The position numbers were made by a program, and so were the translations under genes. Below are positions 18,681 through 27,813 of a stretch of 64,000 bases of DNA, piece by piece. The stretch comes from an uncultured Planctomycetales bacterium (lineage in GTDB: Bacteria; Omnitrophota; Gorgyraeia; Zapsychrales; JBDRMG01): NCBI GenBank assembly GCA_964478715.1, contig CAYZIY010000003.1, positions 84,661-148,660 on the forward strand, read 5' to 3'. Under the pieces are notes generated by a model that saw only the letters and a program-made list of their open reading frames with translations, was not told the origin of the DNA and made no database searches. Every line of letters begins with the position of its first letter. Within the stretch, counting starts at the first letter, position 1.

Positions 18681-19901
18681 ATGATGAAAAAGACGATTCC
18701 CGAACTTTGTTCTCCCGCCGGAGATTGGCCCTCTCTTCAAGCTGCGATAATAGCCGGTGCCGATAGTGTCTATTTCGGTTGCCAGGAATTCAATATGCGT
18801 CATGAGGCCGCTAATTTTCAATTGCGTGATCTCAAAAAAATTATGAAATTATTGCATCACCAAAAGAAAAAAGGCTATCTAACACTCAATACATTTTTTA
18901 AGGATCATGAATTCAATCATGCAAGAAAAATTTTGATGGCTGCCAAGAAGGCTGAGGTGGATGCGGTTATACTCTGGGACATGGGGATTCTCTCTATGGC
19001 CAAGGAAGCAGGATTGAGAATCCATCTGTCGACTCAGGCCAATGTGACAAACTCAGAGAGTATCTGTTTTTTTGTTCGACAAAAAGTCCGCAGAATTGTT
19101 TTGGCTCGGGAATGTACTCTTAATGATATCAAAGGTGTTAGTCAGAAATTAAAAAGAATGAAGATTCCCTGCGAGATTGAGGTCTTTGTGCACGGAGCGA
19201 TGTGCGTGAGCATCTCTGGCCGCTGTTTTCTTTCGTCTTATTCTTTTGCAAAATCGGCGAATCGGGGACAGTGCTTTCAGCCTTGTCGTCGAGAATATAG
19301 CATTCAGTGTAGTGACAAAGAACTTAAATATGATCTTGGAAAGGACTATGTTTTAAGCCCAAAAGATTTATGCACTATTGACTTTTTGGATTCGATTTTA
19401 ACTACGGGTGTATCTGCTTTAAAAATCGAAGGTCGAATCCGCAGCGCGGAGTATGTGCGTATTGTAACGGAGTGCTACCGTCAGGCTCTCGATGCATGTT
19501 TACAAAAACGATTTGATAATATCATGAGGAGGGAGCTTAAAAACAAACTCAAAGATGTTTATAATCGGGGATTTTCCAGCGGCTTCTATTTCGGAATTCC
19601 TGATGATGATTTGAGCCGTAGTTTAGAAAATCGTTATGCCAAACAATATTTGGGAGAGGTGGCCAATTATTTCAAGAAGATTTCAGTAGCAGAGATAAAA
19701 ATCCGAAATAAAGGTTTGAAAAAAGGAGAAACGATTTTATTTATCGGCAAAGAGACGCCGGCGCACATGTTTGAAGTGAATGAAATCGAGAGGGATCACC
19801 GAAAGATCAGCCGGGCACAAAAAGGTCAATCCATTGGACTGAAAGTTCCTTTTGCGGTCAGGCGCAAAGATCAGGTATATTTATGGAAAAAGAGATTCTA
19901 A
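18681..19901 (+). CDS. Peptidase U32 family protein
   Basis: N-terminal PELCSPAGDWPSLQAAIIAGADSVYFG, the U32 signature EVFVHGAMCVSISGRCFLS, and C-terminal domain. Confidence 0.8.
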   Translation: MMKKTIPELCSPAGDWPSLQAAIIAGADSVYFGCQEFNMRHEAANFQLRDLKKIMKLLHHQKKKGYLTLNTFFKDHEFNHARKILMAAKKAEVDAVILWDMGILSMAKEAGLRIHLSTQANVTNSESICFFVRQKVRRIVLARECTLNDIKGVSQKLKRMKIPCEIEVFVHGAMCVSISGRCFLSSYSFAKSANRGQCFQPCRREYSIQCSDKELKYDLGKDYVLSPKDLCTIDFLDSILTTGVSALKIEGRIRSAEYVRIVTECYRQALDACLQKRFDNIMRRELKNKLKDVYNRGFSSGFYFGIPDDDLSRSLENRYAKQYLGEVANYFKKISVAEIKIRNKGLKKGETILFIGKETPAHMFEVNEIERDHRKISRAQKGQSIGLKVPFAVRRKDQVYLWKKRF

Positions 19902-19914
19902 ACGGTACATCCGT

Positions 19915-20823
19915 ATGAGAAAAAAAAACACATCAAAGCGATCCAAAAAGGTTCATAAAATACTTCTTATCGGCATGGGTATCAATGCCCTATTGATCTT
20001 GGTTAAAGCCGCGGCAGGCTTAAGGGGCCATAGTAGCGCTTTGGTGGCTGATGCCTATCATTCTTTTTCCGATTTTATCACGGATCTTGTTGTCATGCTC
20101 GGTTTCCGATTTTCTGTGAAGCCCGTGGATGATTCGCATGATTACGGACACGGAAAAATCGAGACCTTAACCACTCTTATCATCGGAGCTGTATTGATTT
20201 TTATCGGTGCCAAGATTATGCTGGATGGAATCAATAATTGTTACCTTGTTTTTAAGGGGTTGATTCTTGCCCAACCAAGCTGGATGGCTTTTGGCGCTGC
20301 TTTTATATCGCTGTTGGCTAAAGAAGTACTGTATCGCTATTCCTATCTGATTGGCCGGAGAGTCAACAGCCCTTCATTGGTGGCCAATGCCTGGCATCAT
20401 CGTTCGGATGCCCTCTCGTCAATAGGTGTCATGCTCGGTATCGCCGGGGCGATTCTATTGGGCGAGAAATGGCGCATCCTGGATCCTCTTGCCGCCATTA
20501 TTGTCAGCAGCTTTATTATTAAAGCGGCTTTTTCCATTCTATCCAAAAGCGCAAATGAGCTCACCGAGGCTTCCTTAAGCGACGAAGAGAAACAGCGGAT
20601 TATTGATTTAGCCCGGCAGACCGCGGGTGTTGAGCATCCTCATAATCTGAAAACGCGTCGCATCGGTAAGGACATTGTGATTGATTTACATATCGAAGTT
20701 GATCCTCTTTTGAATGTGACTCGGGCTCATGATATTTCAAGCGCTTTGGAGCGCAAATTAAAAATCAGTTTCGGCCAAGATACGATTATAACAGTTCATA
20801 TTGAACCCGAAGGTTATAAGTGA
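19915..20823 (+). CDS. Cation diffusion facilitator (CDF) family transporter
   Basis: Six TM helices, HSFSD and HHRSD metal-binding motifs, and a C-terminal cytoplasmic domain. Start set at ATG 19915, just after the U32 stop. Confidence 0.8.
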   Translation: MRKKNTSKRSKKVHKILLIGMGINALLILVKAAAGLRGHSSALVADAYHSFSDFITDLVVMLGFRFSVKPVDDSHDYGHGKIETLTTLIIGAVLIFIGAKIMLDGINNCYLVFKGLILAQPSWMAFGAAFISLLAKEVLYRYSYLIGRRVNSPSLVANAWHHRSDALSSIGVMLGIAGAILLGEKWRILDPLAAIIVSSFIIKAAFSILSKSANELTEASLSDEEKQRIIDLARQTAGVEHPHNLKTRRIGKDIVIDLHIEVDPLLNVTRAHDISSALERKLKISFGQDTIITVHIEPEGYK

Positions 20824-20834
20824 AGGAGTTTTCT

Positions 20835-21686
20835 ATGTCACGCGCCATTCTGTTGATTTCCTGTCCAGATCAAAAAGGGATTACAGCGACTGTTACCAAT
20901 TTTGTTTTTCAAAATAACGGAAATATTGTCCATGCCGATCAGCACATCGATGAAGAGAAAAACACATTTCTTATGCGCCTGGAATGGTCGCTGGATGGGT
21001 TTTGTATTTCGAAAGAATCCATTGCCCGGGAATTTGCCGTTGTGGCAGAGCCATATCAAATGAGCTGGGATCTCAGCTTTTCGAATGAGGATATCCGCAT
21101 CGCTATTTTTGTCAGTAAACATTTGCATTGTCTTAATGATTTACTGATGCGATTTTCCAGCGGGCAACTGGCATGCAGGATTCCTTTGATTATCAGTAAC
21201 CATGCTGACGGAAAACAGTTAGCGAGAAACTACGGTATTAATTTTTTTGAATTTCCTATTAACTCTGTAAACAAAATAAGTCAGGAAAAACGTCAAATGG
21301 CGCTGCTCAAAGAAGGCGGGATTGATTTGATCGTCTTAGCCCGCTATCATCAGATTCTTTCACCGGATTTTGTGAATGCACACAAAAACCGAATCATTAA
21401 TATTCATCATTCGTTTTTGCCCGCTTTTGCCGGAAAAAGTCCTTATCGTCAGGCTTACCGTAAAGGCGTGAAGATCATTGGGGCGACGAGTCATTATGTG
21501 ACCCACAAGTTGGACGAAGGACCGATTATCGAACAGGATACGGTACGGATCAGTCATCGGGATTCTCTGGAAGATTTAATAAGAAAAGGGCAGGATTTGG
21601 AGCGTCTCGTTCTTTCGCGGGCACTTCGCTGGCATTTAGAGAAGAAGGTCCTTACGCTTAATAATAAGACCATCGTGTTTGATTAA
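20835..21686 (+). CDS. purU: Formyltetrahydrofolate deformylase
   Basis: N-terminal ACT domain (ILLISCPDQKGITATVTNFV) plus a formyltransferase domain (IINIHHSFLPAFAG, HYVTHKLDEGPII). AAGGAG SD before ATG 20835. Confidence 0.8.
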   Translation: MSRAILLISCPDQKGITATVTNFVFQNNGNIVHADQHIDEEKNTFLMRLEWSLDGFCISKESIAREFAVVAEPYQMSWDLSFSNEDIRIAIFVSKHLHCLNDLLMRFSSGQLACRIPLIISNHADGKQLARNYGINFFEFPINSVNKISQEKRQMALLKEGGIDLIVLARYHQILSPDFVNAHKNRIINIHHSFLPAFAGKSPYRQAYRKGVKIIGATSHYVTHKLDEGPIIEQDTVRISHRDSLEDLIRKGQDLERLVLSRALRWHLEKKVLTLNNKTIVFD

Positions 21687-21725
21687 TCCTATTTTTTTGT
21701 TGAAGTTTATTCTGATAGATCCGTC

Positions 21726-21754
21726 TTGACGGCGCTGTTTTATGCACATAAAAT
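21726..21754 (+). promoter_or_regulatory. Candidate sigma70 promoter for the DUF3047/CsgG-like module
   Basis: TTGACG (21726-21731), a 17-nt spacer, then TAAAAT (21749-21754), upstream of ATG 21781. Confidence 0.35.
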
Positions 21755-21780
21755 AAAAATGACAAAGAATTTGAGATACT

Positions 21781-22470
21781 ATGAAAAAATACCACATAAT
21801 TAATTTTATCGGACTCATTTCGCTTTTCGTTCTTGCTTTCGGTGCCTATGCTTTCAATCTGCCCAAATGGTTTCCTTTTAGCGAAGAGAATGCTCTTGAA
21901 GAATGGCAGGAAAAAATATTCAAGGATAAAGTCCTTTATGTCGTAGAGTCTATTGACGAGGATCAGGGGTACCTTTTGGCCCGCAGCAACAAAGCCTGCT
22001 CGGGTCTCATTTATCGTATTAAATTTTATCCGTCCAAAAATCCTATGATCAGCTGGAAATGGAAAGTTTTAAAATTTCCTGATAAAAACAAACCGCTTGA
22101 GGAGACCGGAGAATGGATCGAAAAAGATGATTATGCGGCTAGGGTTTACGTTATATTTTCCAGTTGGAATTTTTTTAATATCAAAAGTTTGGAATATGTC
22201 TGGGATAAGGATTTGCCGGAAGAAACCCTAATGGCAAATCCCAATTACGGGAATCTCAAGATCTTTGTGGCGCACTCGGGGGAGAAAGATTTGGGGCAGT
22301 GGGTTATGGAAGAGCGGGATATCGCCAAGGATTATATCAAGGCATTTGGCCATCCGCCGCGGCGGCCTGTTACGGCGATTGCCCTGATGACTGATGCCGA
22401 TAACACCGTTTCAACGGCCGAAGCTCTGTATAAAGACATAACTGTGGGGTACAATCATGAAAAGAAATAA
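21781..22470 (+). CDS. Secreted/membrane-anchored conserved hypothetical protein (DUF3047-like)
   Basis: N-terminal signal anchor. The central/C-terminal region (ARVYVIFS...AIALMTDADNT) resembles DUF3047 from memory. Confidence 0.35.
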   Translation: MKKYHIINFIGLISLFVLAFGAYAFNLPKWFPFSEENALEEWQEKIFKDKVLYVVESIDEDQGYLLARSNKACSGLIYRIKFYPSKNPMISWKWKVLKFPDKNKPLEETGEWIEKDDYAARVYVIFSSWNFFNIKSLEYVWDKDLPEETLMANPNYGNLKIFVAHSGEKDLGQWVMEERDIAKDYIKAFGHPPRRPVTAIALMTDADNTVSTAEALYKDITVGYNHEKK

Positions 22471-22882
22471 TCAAAGGGGGACTCAGTTTTTTGCGAATCA
22501 GATGCACAAGGAGTTGTTTTTTTTGTTTTTCTGGGCTTCTGTGATTCCGATGTTTATCGTTAGCTTGCTTCTTTTTTATCTGATTTTCAGCGTGACCGCT
22601 GATCAGATGGCTTTTCCCGAAGCCATTGCGTACAATTTACTTCCGGCGGCCAGAAGAGTTTTGGCGATTCTTGCGGCTTTGGCGCCTCTTTCAATCGTGC
22701 TGGTTTTAATGATTTCCTATAATTTAACTCTCCAGATGGTCGGACCCTTTGACCGGATTGTGCGCGAACTCGATCAATGCCTTAAAGGAGAGAAGAAAAC
22801 ACCCATTGTGATTCGGGAAAATGACAAATTCTGGCCTTTGGTCCACAAGATCAATGATCTGATTAAGAAACAAGGGGTCTAA
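22457..22882 (+). CDS. Hypothetical membrane protein (two TM segments plus a short cytoplasmic helical region)
   Basis: Overlaps the upstream gene by 14 nt, so likely co-transcribed. Two hydrophobic helices. No known domain recognised. Confidence 0.35.
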   Translation: MKRNNQRGTQFFANQMHKELFFLFFWASVIPMFIVSLLLFYLIFSVTADQMAFPEAIAYNLLPAARRVLAILAALAPLSIVLVLMISYNLTLQMVGPFDRIVRELDQCLKGEKKTPIVIRENDKFWPLVHKINDLIKKQGV

Positions 22883-23002
22883 AGTTCACTTCTTTTCAAT
22901 ATTGGCTCATCTGTCTTTGCGGAAAAAGACTTGAAACCCCGAGAGGTGTGTGTTAATTTAAACCATCTGACAAGCTGCGGTATATCTCTTAGATAAATAT
23001 TC

Positions 23003-23605
23003 ATGAAATATTATTTTTGTATTCTTATTGTCTGGCTTATAGTTTTTTCTGTGCCTCCATCCGGTCTGGCGGCCGATACTTTCTACGCCAAGCGGCATGC
23101 TATCTCTTCAACTACCAAAGAAAAGAAAGACAAAGAGAATTCCTTTTCCCATCTTCAAAAGTGGATTGTGCAGGATGAGTCCGATAAAATTCAAAAAGCT
23201 TTAGAAATTTATAAGAATAAATCCAAGCCAGCGTATTCAAAAAAATACTGGATCATCAATAATCAAACAGGGCAAAAGAGTATTTTGGTTGAATATATGG
23301 CCTCGTCTCCAGGAGATCAAATCATATTTTCTCCTAATGAGCATTACGCCTATTTCGTTGGTCTGACACCTTTAGGGCAGCATATGATTTACGGCATTAA
23401 TCTTTCCAATCAGAATCAGTTTACCGTTGACCAAGGAGAAAGTGCGAGCATATTTAGTTGTGAAGATAGCAATCAAAGCTATCTGGTTATTGTGCATGAA
23501 AACGGGAAAATCACAAGAAGCGTTTATTATTTGAACGGACAAAAGAAGGATGTTATTGAAGATGGCGTTACGGCCGAGAATCTTAAAGATTATGTTTGCT
23601 ATTAA
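23003..23605 (+). CDS. Secreted hypothetical protein
   Basis: Signal peptide MKYYFCILIVWLIVFSVPPSGLAA. N/Q-rich and beta-rich C-terminal half. No recognisable domain. Confidence 0.35.
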   Translation: MKYYFCILIVWLIVFSVPPSGLAADTFYAKRHAISSTTKEKKDKENSFSHLQKWIVQDESDKIQKALEIYKNKSKPAYSKKYWIINNQTGQKSILVEYMASSPGDQIIFSPNEHYAYFVGLTPLGQHMIYGINLSNQNQFTVDQGESASIFSCEDSNQSYLVIVHENGKITRSVYYLNGQKKDVIEDGVTAENLKDYVCY

Positions 23606-23621
23606 AAAAGGAGGGGGAAGA

Positions 23622-24527
23622 ATGATGAGGTTGGTCTTTTGTGCGGTGATGATGAGTTTTATGCTGAACGGTTACACGGCTTGCGATGTTCAAGCGAAGG
23701 GATTGAAAAAGACCGTAGCGGTTTTCGATTTTCAAAACGATTCCGGTTACAATGCCTATGCGAATTTAGGGCAAGATTTCACAACACAACTTACTGATGC
23801 TCTTATCCAAAGCGGTGATTTCATTATCCTTTCCAGACAGGATTTGGATGTCGTGATGGCTGAACAGGATTTAGCCTCAAGCGGACGGTTCGCCAAATCC
23901 AATACGGCCAAAATAGGTCAAATCGTTCCGGCCCAGATTCTTATTAAAGGAAGAATTACGGAGTTTGAAGAAAATACCAAAGGTGGCGGGCAGGGATTCA
24001 GTATTTCGGGGATTACCCTGGGGGCCAACAAATCATCAGCCCACATTGGAGTCATTATTCAGCTGATTGATTCGACAACGGGGCAAATTGTCGACTCAGA
24101 AAGAGTGGAAGGGCAGGCATCTTCGGGAGGATTCTCTATTGGTTATGACGGAGATTTTTCTTTGAGTTCTTCTAGTTTTAAAAAGACTCCTTTGGGTAAA
24201 GCCGTTCAGATGGCCATTGATCGGGCTGTTGATTATATTTCTAAGAAAGCCAATCGGGTGCCCTGGAGTGGTAAAGTGATGCTCGTTAAGGATGATCTAG
24301 TTTATGTGAATTCAGGCGTTAATGCGGGCTTGGCGTCAGGCGATACGTTCGATGTCTATCGACAGGGGGAGTCTCTGGTTGATCCGGATACCGGTATGGA
24401 ATTGGGAAGAGAAAGTAAGAAAATCGGAGAAATTAAAATTACTGAAGTCCAGGATAAGTTCTCCAAAGCCGCAATGCTTTTTGGAAATATTGCCGATGTC
24501 GGAAAAGGTGATCTGGTTAAGAAATAA
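23622..24527 (+). CDS. CsgG-family outer-membrane lipoprotein (curli-secretion-channel-like)
   Basis: Lipoprotein signal ...MLNGYTAC followed by TVAVFDFQNDSG...LTDALIQSG, which matches the CsgG periplasmic domain. SD AAGGAGGGGG before ATG 23622. Confidence 0.5.
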   Translation: MMRLVFCAVMMSFMLNGYTACDVQAKGLKKTVAVFDFQNDSGYNAYANLGQDFTTQLTDALIQSGDFIILSRQDLDVVMAEQDLASSGRFAKSNTAKIGQIVPAQILIKGRITEFEENTKGGGQGFSISGITLGANKSSAHIGVIIQLIDSTTGQIVDSERVEGQASSGGFSIGYDGDFSLSSSSFKKTPLGKAVQMAIDRAVDYISKKANRVPWSGKVMLVKDDLVYVNSGVNAGLASGDTFDVYRQGESLVDPDTGMELGRESKKIGEIKITEVQDKFSKAAMLFGNIADVGKGDLVKK

Positions 24528-24539
24528 GGAAGGAATCCC

Positions 24540-24734
24540 ATGAACAGATTTGTCATTTTTTCCTGCTTGATTTTTTGCGTTTTCTGTGTGGGTTGCGAAA
24601 CTGTTGAAAAGGCTGGCCATTCGGCTGGGGATGTGGTCGGCAAAACAACAGACACCTTTGGCAGTGTGACCGAAGGGGCTCTAGATGGTTATGTCGGTGA
24701 GACAACCAGCGAAGAAAATCCTTACGGAAGATAA
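24540..24734 (+). CDS. Small lipoprotein, hypothetical
   Basis: MNRFVIFSCLIFCVFCVGC lipobox. 64 aa. Immediately downstream of the CsgG-like gene. Confidence 0.35.
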   Translation: MNRFVIFSCLIFCVFCVGCETVEKAGHSAGDVVGKTTDTFGSVTEGALDGYVGETTSEENPYGR

Positions 24735-24806
24735 ATTAACAAAGCCCTCTCTGTGTGAAAAGTCAAGAGAGGGCTTTGTTCTACCTATTAACGGAAAGAG
24801 GAGAAT

Positions 24807-25436
24807 ATGAAAGTTGCCCGATTAGTCATTGTGATTCTGCTTGTCATTATTGTTTTTCTTTTGGTCAAACCGGAAACCATTCATCGTGGATCTCAGTTGA
24901 ATGGCTGGACTACCAACAGTACCCTGGAAATCATTCATCAAAGAAAGTCTGTGCGTCATTATCTGGACAAATCCGTTAAGAAAGAAGATTTACTGACGTT
25001 GATCAAGGCCGGAATGGCGGCTCCCACGGCGGGAGATAGACGACCGTGGGAGTTTGTCGGCATTACCGATAAGAAGGTGCTTAAAGAGCTGGGTCAAGCT
25101 TTACCTTACGGGCAGATGCTGAAAGAAGCCGGCGGGGCTATTGTGGTGTGTGGTGTGCCCGAGAAATCTTATCCGGGAGAGGCCCGGGAGTTTTGGGTTC
25201 AGGATTGTTCGGCAGCGACTGAAAATATTCTTTTAGCTGCCGAGGCCAAAGGACTGGGTGCGGTGTGGATCGGCGTTTATCCGATCAAAAAGAAGATGGA
25301 AGTCGTTAGTCGTATTACGGGTATCCCCGAAGGCATTGTTCCGCTTAATGTTGTTTCTATTGGCTATCCCGAGGGAGTCGAAAAACCCAAAGATAAATTT
25401 AATCCTGAACAGATTCATTGGAATTCATGGAAATAA
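24807..25436 (+). CDS. Nitroreductase-family protein with N-terminal membrane anchor
   Basis: Hydrophobic N-terminus, then the nitroreductase fold signature (RKSVRHY...AAPTAGDRRPWEF...). Confidence 0.7.
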   Translation: MKVARLVIVILLVIIVFLLVKPETIHRGSQLNGWTTNSTLEIIHQRKSVRHYLDKSVKKEDLLTLIKAGMAAPTAGDRRPWEFVGITDKKVLKELGQALPYGQMLKEAGGAIVVCGVPEKSYPGEAREFWVQDCSAATENILLAAEAKGLGAVWIGVYPIKKKMEVVSRITGIPEGIVPLNVVSIGYPEGVEKPKDKFNPEQIHWNSWK

Positions 25437-25439
25437 TCA

Positions 25440-26207
25440 ATGAGTGATGATCGCTGTAAGTTCAAATTGGTTTTACAACGTCACGGCGAGAGTGTTTGGA
25501 ATAAGCAAAACCGCTTTACCGGCTGGACTGATGTGGAGCTGACTGAAAGAGGCATTGAAGAAGCCAAAAATGCAGGTCAGACATTAAAGGAAAACGGTTT
25601 TAGTTTTGATTTGGCCTATACTTCCGTGTTGAAGCGAGCCATTGAGACTCTTGAGATTACGCTCAGCGATATGGGTTTATCGGATATTCCGATCATTAAA
25701 AGCTGGAGACTCAATGAACGTCATTACGGGGCTTTGCAAGGACTCAATAAAACTGAGATGGCAGAAAAATTCGGAGAAAAACAGGTGCATACATGGAGGC
25801 GTAGTTATGATGTGCGTCCTCCGGAGTTAAGCCGTGATGATGAGCGGTTTCCCGGACATGATCCTCTCTATAAGGATGTTGATCCCAAGGATCTGCCAAC
25901 GACTGAATGCCTGAAAGATACAGTCAAGAGATTCCTTCCTTTTTGGCATGAGACAATTGCTCCATCAATTCTCTCTGGAAAAAGAGTTTTGATTTCGGTT
26001 CACGGCAATAGTTTAAGAGCTTTGGTAAAATATTTAGATAACATCTCTAACGGGGAGATAATAAAACTTAATATCCCCACAGGCGTGCCTCTTGTTTATG
26101 AGCTGGATCAGGATTGCAAGAGTATCCGGCATTATTATTTGGGAGATGCCGATAAGATTCAGCCGGCCACGGATGCCGTCGCTCGCCAGGGTCAAGCAAA
26201 GAAATAA
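25440..26207 (+). CDS. gpmA: 2,3-bisphosphoglycerate-dependent phosphoglycerate mutase
   Basis: [29 protein letters not shown] is the classic dPGM active-site motif with the catalytic His. Confidence 0.85.
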   Translation: MSDDRCKFKLVLQRHGESVWNKQNRFTGWTDVELTERGIEEAKNAGQTLKENGFSFDLAYTSVLKRAIETLEITLSDMGLSDIPIIKSWRLNERHYGALQGLNKTEMAEKFGEKQVHTWRRSYDVRPPELSRDDERFPGHDPLYKDVDPKDLPTTECLKDTVKRFLPFWHETIAPSILSGKRVLISVHGNSLRALVKYLDNISNGEIIKLNIPTGVPLVYELDQDCKSIRHYYLGDADKIQPATDAVARQGQAKK

Positions 26208-26213
26208 TAATCC

Positions 26214-27266
26214 TTAGGCGATCGTGATGCTTTGATCCAGATAAACATTCTGGATGGCGTTAAGGATATCAACGCCTTCTTTGATCGGCTTCTGAAAGGC
26301 CTTACGGCCGGAAATAAGACCCATCCCGCCGGCGCGTTTATTAATCACAGCCGTTTTAATCGCCTGAGCCAAATCGTTTTTACCCGAAGCCCCACCGGAA
26401 TTAATCAGTCCCATGCGACCCATATAACAGTTGGCTACCTGATAGCGGGTCAGATCGATGGGATGATCAGAAGAGAGTTTTTCATAGACGAGGGGATGCG
26501 TTTTTCCGAACTTAATAGCATTGTATCCACCATTGTTGGTGGGTTGTTTCTGTTTGATGATATCGGCCTCAATTGTGACACCCAAATGATTGGCTTGGCC
26601 GGTTAAGTCAGCAGAAGTGTGATAATCGACATCGTCTTTTTTAAACGCTTCATTGCGCAGGTAACACCAAAGAACCGTAAACAGACCCAATTGATGGGCG
26701 CGTTCAAAGGCTTGGGTGATTTCCTCTATCTGACGGGAGGATTCTTCCGAGCCGAAATAGATTGTCGCTCCGACGGCCACGGCACCCATTTCAAAGGCCT
26801 GCTCAACCGAGGCAAAGAGCCTCTGATCATAGGTATTGGGATATGTGATCAGTTCATTATGATTGATTTTAACCAAAAACGGAATCCTATGGGCATATTT
26901 TCTTGAGACAGAACCCAAAACGCCGAGAGTGGAGGCTACGCAATTGCATCCGCCCTCAATCGCAAGCTTGACAATGTTTTCCGGATCAAAATAAATTGGA
27001 TTGGGCGCAAACGAAGCCCCCGCTGAATGCTCAATTCCCTGGTCAACCGGTAAAATAGAAAGATACCCGGTCCCTGCCAGCCGGCCATGGTTGAAGACCT
27101 GCTGAAGGTTTCTTAAAACTGAATTGGAGCGGTTGCTGATCGCGAGAATACGGTCGACAAAATCTTTACCCGGAAGATGAAGGCTTTCTTTGGGAATTGT
27201 CGAACAGGTATGGGTTAATAGATTTTTTGCTTCTTTTTCGAGAATTTGTTCGATATTCAGAGACAT
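26214..27266 (-). CDS. fbaB: Class I fructose-bisphosphate aldolase (FbaB/DhnA type)
   Basis: 350 aa minus-strand ORF. Length and overall similarity match the DhnA-type class I aldolase family. Only minus-strand gene in this stretch; promoter region lies at 27267-27422. Confidence 0.6.
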   Translation of the reverse strand: MSLNIEQILEKEAKNLLTHTCSTIPKESLHLPGKDFVDRILAISNRSNSVLRNLQQVFNHGRLAGTGYLSILPVDQGIEHSAGASFAPNPIYFDPENIVKLAIEGGCNCVASTLGVLGSVSRKYAHRIPFLVKINHNELITYPNTYDQRLFASVEQAFEMGAVAVGATIYFGSEESSRQIEEITQAFERAHQLGLFTVLWCYLRNEAFKKDDVDYHTSADLTGQANHLGVTIEADIIKQKQPTNNGGYNAIKFGKTHPLVYEKLSSDHPIDLTRYQVANCYMGRMGLINSGGASGKNDLAQAIKTAVINKRAGGMGLISGRKAFQKPIKEGVDILNAIQNVYLDQSITIA

Positions 27267-27366
27267 CGCACCCTCCTTAAAAAGTATTGAAATAAAATAT
27301 TGCCTCTACCTTACTACACAATAAGAAATATTCAAGGACAAATATGAAAGAGGTAAATTACCAGAC

Positions 27367-27395
27367 TTGACATTACAGAAAAATTAACGTATACA
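27367..27395 (+). promoter_or_regulatory. Candidate sigma70-type promoter upstream of the CoA-binding protein gene
   Basis: TTGACA (27367-27372), a 17-nt spacer, then TATACA (27390-27395). Lies in the divergent intergenic region between the minus-strand fbaB gene and the + strand gene at 27423. Confidence 0.4.
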
Positions 27396-27422
27396 AAAAG
27401 TACACCTTTTAAAGGGATTTTT

Positions 27423-27782
27423 ATGAATGTAGCCGTGATTGGAGCCTCCAACAAACCAAATCGTTACTCTTATAAAGCTCTAAAGCTTCTTCAGGAAAAG
27501 GGGCATCAGGTCTTTGGAGTCCACAAAAGAATTACAGAGATAGAGGGTAGCCAGGTTTTTAAAGAGGTAAAGGATCTTCCCGACGACATCGATACGTTAA
27601 CGATGTACGTATCGGCTGATGTTTCCATGTCGATGAAAGACCAAATGATAAACAAAAAGCCAAAACGCGTTATTTTTAATCCTGGCGCGGAAAATCAAGA
27701 TCTCGCGAGATCACTGAAAGAAAACAATATTGAAGTACGGGAAGCTTGCACGATAGTGTTGCTTAAAACAAATCAGTTTTAA
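27423..27782 (+). CDS. CoA-binding domain protein (YccU-like)
   Basis: [33 protein letters not shown] matches the CoA_binding_2 Rossmann-like signature. A sigma70-like promoter lies upstream. Confidence 0.6.
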   Translation: MNVAVIGASNKPNRYSYKALKLLQEKGHQVFGVHKRITEIEGSQVFKEVKDLPDDIDTLTMYVSADVSMSMKDQMINKKPKRVIFNPGAENQDLARSLKENNIEVREACTIVLLKTNQF

Positions 27783-27813
27783 ATACCAAGACAGAAGAAA
27801 GGCGGCATCATAT

